Assembly (NCBI GenBank): GCA_010093815.1
Contig: ML996571.1
DNA length: 64,000 nucleotides
Direction: 5' to 3' (one strand)
Origin: Pseudovirgaria hyperparasitica
Taxonomy: Eukaryota
Shown here: positions 58,509 to 64,000 of the stretch, in pieces
How positions within the stretch are numbered: position 1 is the stretch's first letter
Layout: every line of letters starts with the position of its first letter
The notes under the pieces: generated by a model
What the model was told of the DNA's origin: nothing
What the model saw: the letters and a program-made list of their open reading frames with translations, nothing else
The model's database searches: none
Position numbers and translations under genes: made by a program

Positions 58509-61241
58509 TCACTCCTTGAGATACTTGCTCGCCTTCTGCCGCAAGCCCAACACCGTCTGCACATGCTCCCTGCTCAACACGCCGCCCTCATGCCTCGCCA
58601 GCACCAGCGCCGTCTTGACCGTACTCTTAATCTCCCTCCCATTCAGCTCCACATTCGCCAGCCCGTCAAAGTCCGCATCGCCAATCGCATGCTCGCCCGC
58701 GCCCAGCCTGCCGATGAAGTTTGTCCAGATATCCCGTCTTGCGGCGCGGTCGAGCTCGGCGTACGGCATGATGAGGTCGAGCCGGCTCTCAAATGCCGGA
58801 TCGAGGGCGCGCGCGCGGTTGGTGGTTAGGAACATGATGCCTTCGTAGTACTCGAGCAGGCGGAGGAAGACGGAGACGAGGCTGTTGCGGTGGATGCTGT
58901 CGACGTGGCGCTGCTCCATGAAGACGTCTGCCTCGTCGATGAGCAGGACGGCTTTCCAGAGGGCGCAGCGCTTAAGGGCTCGGTTGAGGCTTGTCTCGAG
59001 GACGCTGGGGTAGCTGCCGAGTTCCGAGGCGCTGAGGGTGTAGAGCGGGGCGCGGATCTGTTCGGCGACTGTGTAGGTTTGTTAGGGAGATCAGCTTTGT
59101 CAAAAGGGGGTGTGGGATTGATTGTGCTTACTGGATTCTGCGGTCAGTGTTTTGCCAACTCCTGGCGGGCCGCATAGCAAGAAGGCCATTCCGCGACCTG
59201 GTGATTGTGTTAGTGAAAAGCAGCAGAAGGGAGGGTATCAGCGATCTACCTTTCCCCGTGATGAAGTCGTCAAACTTGGAGGCGCCTGACTGGTAATCCT
59301 GGGTGAATGCAAGAATAAGCCGCTTCTGGGCGTCGTCCATTACGAGATGCTTGAATGCGTCCTCGTCCCACTCGATGTCGTGGATGCGAGTAACTTCGAC
59401 GTCAACTGGACGCTGTCAGTGCAAGAAATTAAGGTATATAACACAACCTACACCAAGTTTTCTTGCTGAGGGAGAATCCCTTTACAGTAGGGACGGCGAG
59501 AAGACATTGCTCATCTGTGAGCGGGTTGATCTTCTCACGCCGTTGGAGAAGACCAGGATCGAGCGCTGCGATCTGCTCCGGAGGAGAATATCCAGACGGC
59601 GCTGGAGGTTTGGTAGGCGGAGGGATGTATCCAGCAGGCAAATGTGAACTGTTCGCGTTGAACGGATCGATCATGCCACAGCCGTTGTTGGCAGAGTAAT
59701 CATCGTCACACCCGACATCTTCGTAGGTATCGTGGTTCATGCCGGAGGGTTTATTCTTGTTCTCACCAGGGTTGAGCGTGAGCAGTACAGGCTTCCTCCC
59801 ATTATGCAGCTTATAGTGAGCGTAAGCGTCAATGATGACCCGCTCTTGCACCTAAGTGAATCTGATCAGTTCTAATACCTGCAATGCCTGGGCAACCTAC
59901 GGTCTCGGTTTCGCCATTGCGGCCTTCGTTCTCGCGTCCAAATGCCTTGAAGTGATAGCCACAAAGACTTTCAAACTTCCTTCCACGCGAAGTCAATTCT
60001 GAAATAAGTGCATCGGGGTCATGGTGGAGACGAAGCGGGTAAGCAGCTAGAGTTGTAACATCAAGTGCTCCTTCGTACTCCTTGATGGTAATCCTGTTGC
60101 AGCGCCAGCCGAAAGAGGTGCCGTCCCAGTCGATCATCTTCAGATACACCTTCCACACGTCGTCGCCTTTCATGTTTGCGATTCTGGAACTCTCGAACTT
60201 GACCAATTTAGCCACAGATACCAGACCATTGATTCTTACAACAAGTAGCTCATCTGGAGGATAAAGAGCCCACAAGAACCGCCAGAGAATCAACTTTGTG
60301 TTCTGACAGTCTTCAAGCGCCGCCACAACCGGCTTCCAGTTATTCTCAAAGATGGTGAGCAGCGCAACTGCGTGGTTCTGGGTTTCCTCGTCGTCTTCTT
60401 CCATGAGATGGTCCTCATACTCCTGTCTCCGGTGGAAGTATGTAGAGAAAGGTGGGTAAAAGTGGAAGGATGGATCGAGGCTTGGCTCATCCGTTCCCTG
60501 AACTTCAGTGAGAAACTGACGTAGTTTGGGACTGTTGACCGCGATGCTTCGAGTCTGCCATCCGATAGACGCACTGTATCGAACCTGCCGGTGAATGAGT
60601 GCGTACGTGCCACGCATCATCTCCATTCGTCGAGCCTGCTCGTCTTCCTTTTCCACGAATTCAGGTGGCTGATCGGACCAAAACACGCATTGACTGCAAA
60701 TGCAGCGACCGAATGCGTAGAGATGCTTCACATCAAAGTCTGCCTCGGAGTTTGGACTTGGCTCCTTGTTCCCGCTCTCGTCGGCAGATGGAGCATTGAA
60801 GTCAAAGGCACCGCAACTTGGGGGAGGTGGCATACTGGGAGGGAATGACGGAGGCATTGAACCAGGAGCTAATGGCATGAACGGTACTGGATACGATTCG
60901 GCTGTCGGCATGCTCCCAGTAGAAAGCTTCTTGTCACTTTTCTTGCTGCTTTTCTTGCCCTTCTTTATATGCGCTGAGTCTGGCGGCGGCGGCGGTGGTG
61001 GTGGCAGGCCTGGGTCGAATCCCGGCGGCCATGGTGGTGGTGGCATTCCTGGATAGCTTCCCGGCAGTGGTGGTGGTGGCCCTGGATAGATTCCCGGCGG
61101 CGGCGGTGGTGGTGGCAGTCCTGGGTGTAATCCGATCGGCAACTGTAACGGAAGAGGCGTATTTGAATGTCCGTCTTTGTACTCTCTGTCAAAAACAGCA
61201 GATACGGAAGCCCAATCGGGACCGCCATAGTATTCGGCCAT
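58509..61241 (-). CDS. Fungal AAA+ ATPase with Pro-rich N-terminus, 5 exons
   Basis: Spliced Walker A CGPPGVGKTLTAES, Walker B VLLIDEADVF, FLRLLEYYEGIMFLTTNR, DPAFESR and LNGREIK; upstream LWALYPP, RGRKFESL and RVIIDAYA blocks typical of this fungal AAA subfamily. Confidence 0.92.
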
Positions 61242-61758
61242 GGTAAGTCGAGGAGAGGTTTTTGGCTTTGGCTTATCGCTGACCCGAAAGGAAACAGGAT
61301 GTAGGGCAGTACTGTGGAGAGCTGCAGCTATATATATAGATACACATATGTATGTTATATGTAGAGAGATGAGCGAATTTCCTCATAGGACGGACGGACG
61401 GATATGAGGAGCTTGAGGCATAGGGCAGCGGAAAGTGAGAGCGGGGAAGGTTCGGATGGGTTGTCAGAGCAACGTTTGCCTGAAATTCACTCGCATAGAA
61501 CTGATCGGTCGGAAGTGCATCTGTTGTAGAACACGAAAAGACAAGGCAACAGCGGCGCCAACGCACGTAAGACCAGGATACCGTTTTTGCACCACTCTGT
61601 GAGCTTTGTTGAGACTCCAGATGCATCCAAAGCTGTGACCGGCTGCATACATTACATATAGACTTGATTGGTGCTTAGGCCATGTCGCAGATGTGTCAAT
61701 TGCTGCCTATTGTAAGGTCCAGGCTGACGCGGTGAGAAAGAAACAAGGCGTCGCCAGC

Positions 61759-62872
61759 TCAAGGAATCGTTACAACCATTCGCCCTGTTACTTCGTCCTT
61801 TGTGAGTTTATCGATGATGGCTGGGGCTTCTCCGAATTCATGTACTTCGATTCTAGGCTCCACAAGCCCATCCATATTCCACTGCAACAGTTCGCTCATC
61901 TGCGCCTCAGTCCCTGTCGACGATCCCTTAATAACCAGACCTCTATTGGCAATCTGTATGGGCGAGAGTGGTAAGTGATAGTCTCCTCGCGGCAGCCCAA
62001 CACACACGAGAACACCGCAATTTCGAACCAGATCTGGAGCTTGTTCATATGCCCTCTCCGAGCCTGCGACGATGATAACAGCATGTGCTCCCTCTCCATC
62101 AGTCATGGACTTGACCTTCTCGACGACATTGTCTTTCTTGTAGTCGACAAACTCGCTAGCTCCAAGTCTCAGACACAGCTCTTTCTTGTCGTCGCCTCCA
62201 TCAACGGCTATGACCTTGTAACCCTTGGCTCTCGCCGCGATCTGCACGCCGATATGTCCAAGTCCCCCACCAGCTCCAATGATAGCAACCCACTGACCAG
62301 GCTGTACTTCTGGTGCAACCAGAGAAACCGCGCCAGCCAGACTCAGCCCAGCACATAGAAGCGGTGCCGCCACTTCAGAGGCAATGCCGTCAGGAATATG
62401 CGTTACAAAGGCCGCATCTGCAACGGCATATTGCTGCAAAGTGCCCCAGCACGTCCGGCCAGTATTTCCTTGCTTCGAACAATTGTTCGCTCGGCCTTGA
62501 CTGCAGCTAGAGCAATTCCTGCAGGCAGTCCACAGCCATTTGATACCCACTCTCTTCCCGATAAGATCTTCGTTGACGTTGAGCCCGACGGTGACGACTT
62601 TGCCGACGCCTTCATGACCGGGTATTTCCGTGTATTCGCCCATGCCAAGTACATTGCGACAATCCGAGTGACTGCAGAGCACCCTGTGAGTGACCATAAC
62701 TCGGCTGATCTATGACATGTATACAATACCAAAGGCCTGTACACTCCATTCTCACAAGGACTTCACCTGGGCCTGGCCTCTTCACCTCCACGTCATGCCG
62801 GATATCTAGCTTCCAGTCTTTGCCTGGATTCACAATCCAACAGGCGGTCTGCCTGGAAGGGATTTCGCTCAT
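61759..62872 (-). CDS. Zinc-dependent alcohol dehydrogenase (MDR family), 2 exons
   Basis: TGLC|HSD, GHEGVG, structural-zinc CRNCSSC...C, APLLCAG, GAGGGLGH and GRMVV. Confidence 0.95.
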
Positions 62873-63274
62873 TTCAACGTGATTATCGTCGTACTCAAAC
62901 TAGGCAATCGACTCAACCTCTTTCAATTGAAGCTTCCAGCACTTAAAGGGGGAGCTATTGGATATTATAAACCTCCGCCAATTCCTCTCTCTCTCTCGCG
63001 ATTTGCCGATGCTGCCCCGCACCGGCTCACTGAATAAGCGACATTCGGCATTTGACCTGTCTGGTACGCGGCTATATCGGCTGCAGCTTCCGCCGTCCAA
63101 GTCTTTCGTGGAGATGCTTGACGGTTTCAGCTCTGATGCGGCATCGAGACCAAATTTAGGGTCGATGTTCTGCTCGCGATTTGCATCGGTGTGGGCACGT
63201 CTCCTGCTTCTGGAATCGCCATAGAGACTCCAAGAGCATTCTCTGGATGTGTAGAAGGGTGTCGATAGCCTCTT

Positions 63275-64000
63275 TCAGGCTGCAAGAGCCAGTGCAACGA
63301 TCCTTTTCCCCCTATCACCACCCATGAAGTCGCTCGACTGGTCTTCCTCCTTGAAGCCAGAATCAAAGTCCATTTCGATACTGGCTTCGTATGCTTTGAC
63401 GACAATCTCTTCATCCACCCGCACTCCACCCTCTACCAGCGCTCTTATGATTCCTGCAATCCGCGATATCTCTTTCCTCGTCTCCATGCCAATCTCATCA
63501 TTCTGGCTCGAGTAGATCTCTGAGCTGATGCTTTCCTCAATTCGCGTGATGCTGACATCCTTCCCGGCGGCAACCGGCTCCACGTGTTTCGAGATCCAAA
63601 TGTATCCGTTTACTCCCAGAATGACATCAATCTCGCCTCCACCACGCGCCGTAGTCAGTGTGAAGAGCTGTCTTCTAGACCTCGCTACTCCACCGCTCTT
63701 GCCCCCACTACCACCAGTACCGGTCACACTAATAAAGTAGCCGTTGCGCAATTTTCCGTATTTCAAGCTCCTCGTATGAAGTGAGGCCGCGCCATCTCCA
63801 TGTATAGTCTGAACCTCTGCAACTACCAAGTCTCCCTCCGTGAAGAACGTCCTGATGTTGAGCTCGTCGACAGCAGTCCTTCGGCGAAGTATACCGCCTG
63901 GGAGATTGATAGCGGACAAGGGAAGCGAAGCAAGCAAGGGTCCGGCAACATCGACCCGCCATCTTTTGGATTGAACTTCGACGATGCGACCAATGACCAA
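63275..64000 (-). CDS. RRP4: Exosome complex component Rrp4 (3' part; 5' end lies outside the window)
   Basis: S1 domain [46 protein letters not shown] and KH domain [12 protein letters not shown]. Confidence 0.95.
   Translation of the reverse strand: MVIGRIVEVQSKRWRVDVAGPLLASLPLSAINLPGGILRRRTAVDELNIRTFFTEGDLVVAEVQTIHGDGAASLHTRSLKYGKLRNGYFISVTGTGGSGGKSGGVARSRRQLFTLTTARGGGEIDVILGVNGYIWISKHVEPVAAGKDVSITRIEESISSEIYSSQNDEIGMETRKEISRIAGIIRALVEGGVRVDEEIVVKAYEASIEMDFDSGFKEEDQSSDFMGGDRGKRIVALALAA

Overview
Eukaryotic genomic DNA from a filamentous ascomycete (Pezizomycotina), judged from short GT-AG introns with CTRAC branch sites and the gene content. Bases 1-36 kb are mostly conserved core genes: GH76 DCW1/DFG5, a DJ-1/PfpI protein, septin CDC11, PROPPIN HSV2, a BarA/Lag1-type ceramide synthase, RAT1, USO1, ILS1 and SFI1. 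A small accessory patch at 14-19 kb holds three short ORFs sharing a W-x-C-x2-C-x9-C zinc-finger-like motif. About 37-62 kb is a microsatellite-rich accessory block: a P450, two HET-domain genes, a 4CL-like acyl-CoA ligase, a stand-alone YqfO/NIF3-insert protein, a small secreted Cys-rich gene with a premature stop and a fungal AAA+ ATPase. An ADH and the 3' part of RRP4 follow. The strongest lead is 49861-51480, a signal-peptide-less protein with basic NLS-like patches whose C-terminal half matches the R/H/S-x-T-S/E motifs of cholera-toxin-type ADP-ribosyltransferases, lying between the two HET genes. No rRNA, tRNA, CRISPR array or intact transposon was recognised. All calls come from reading the sequence and recalled family motifs; no searches were run.
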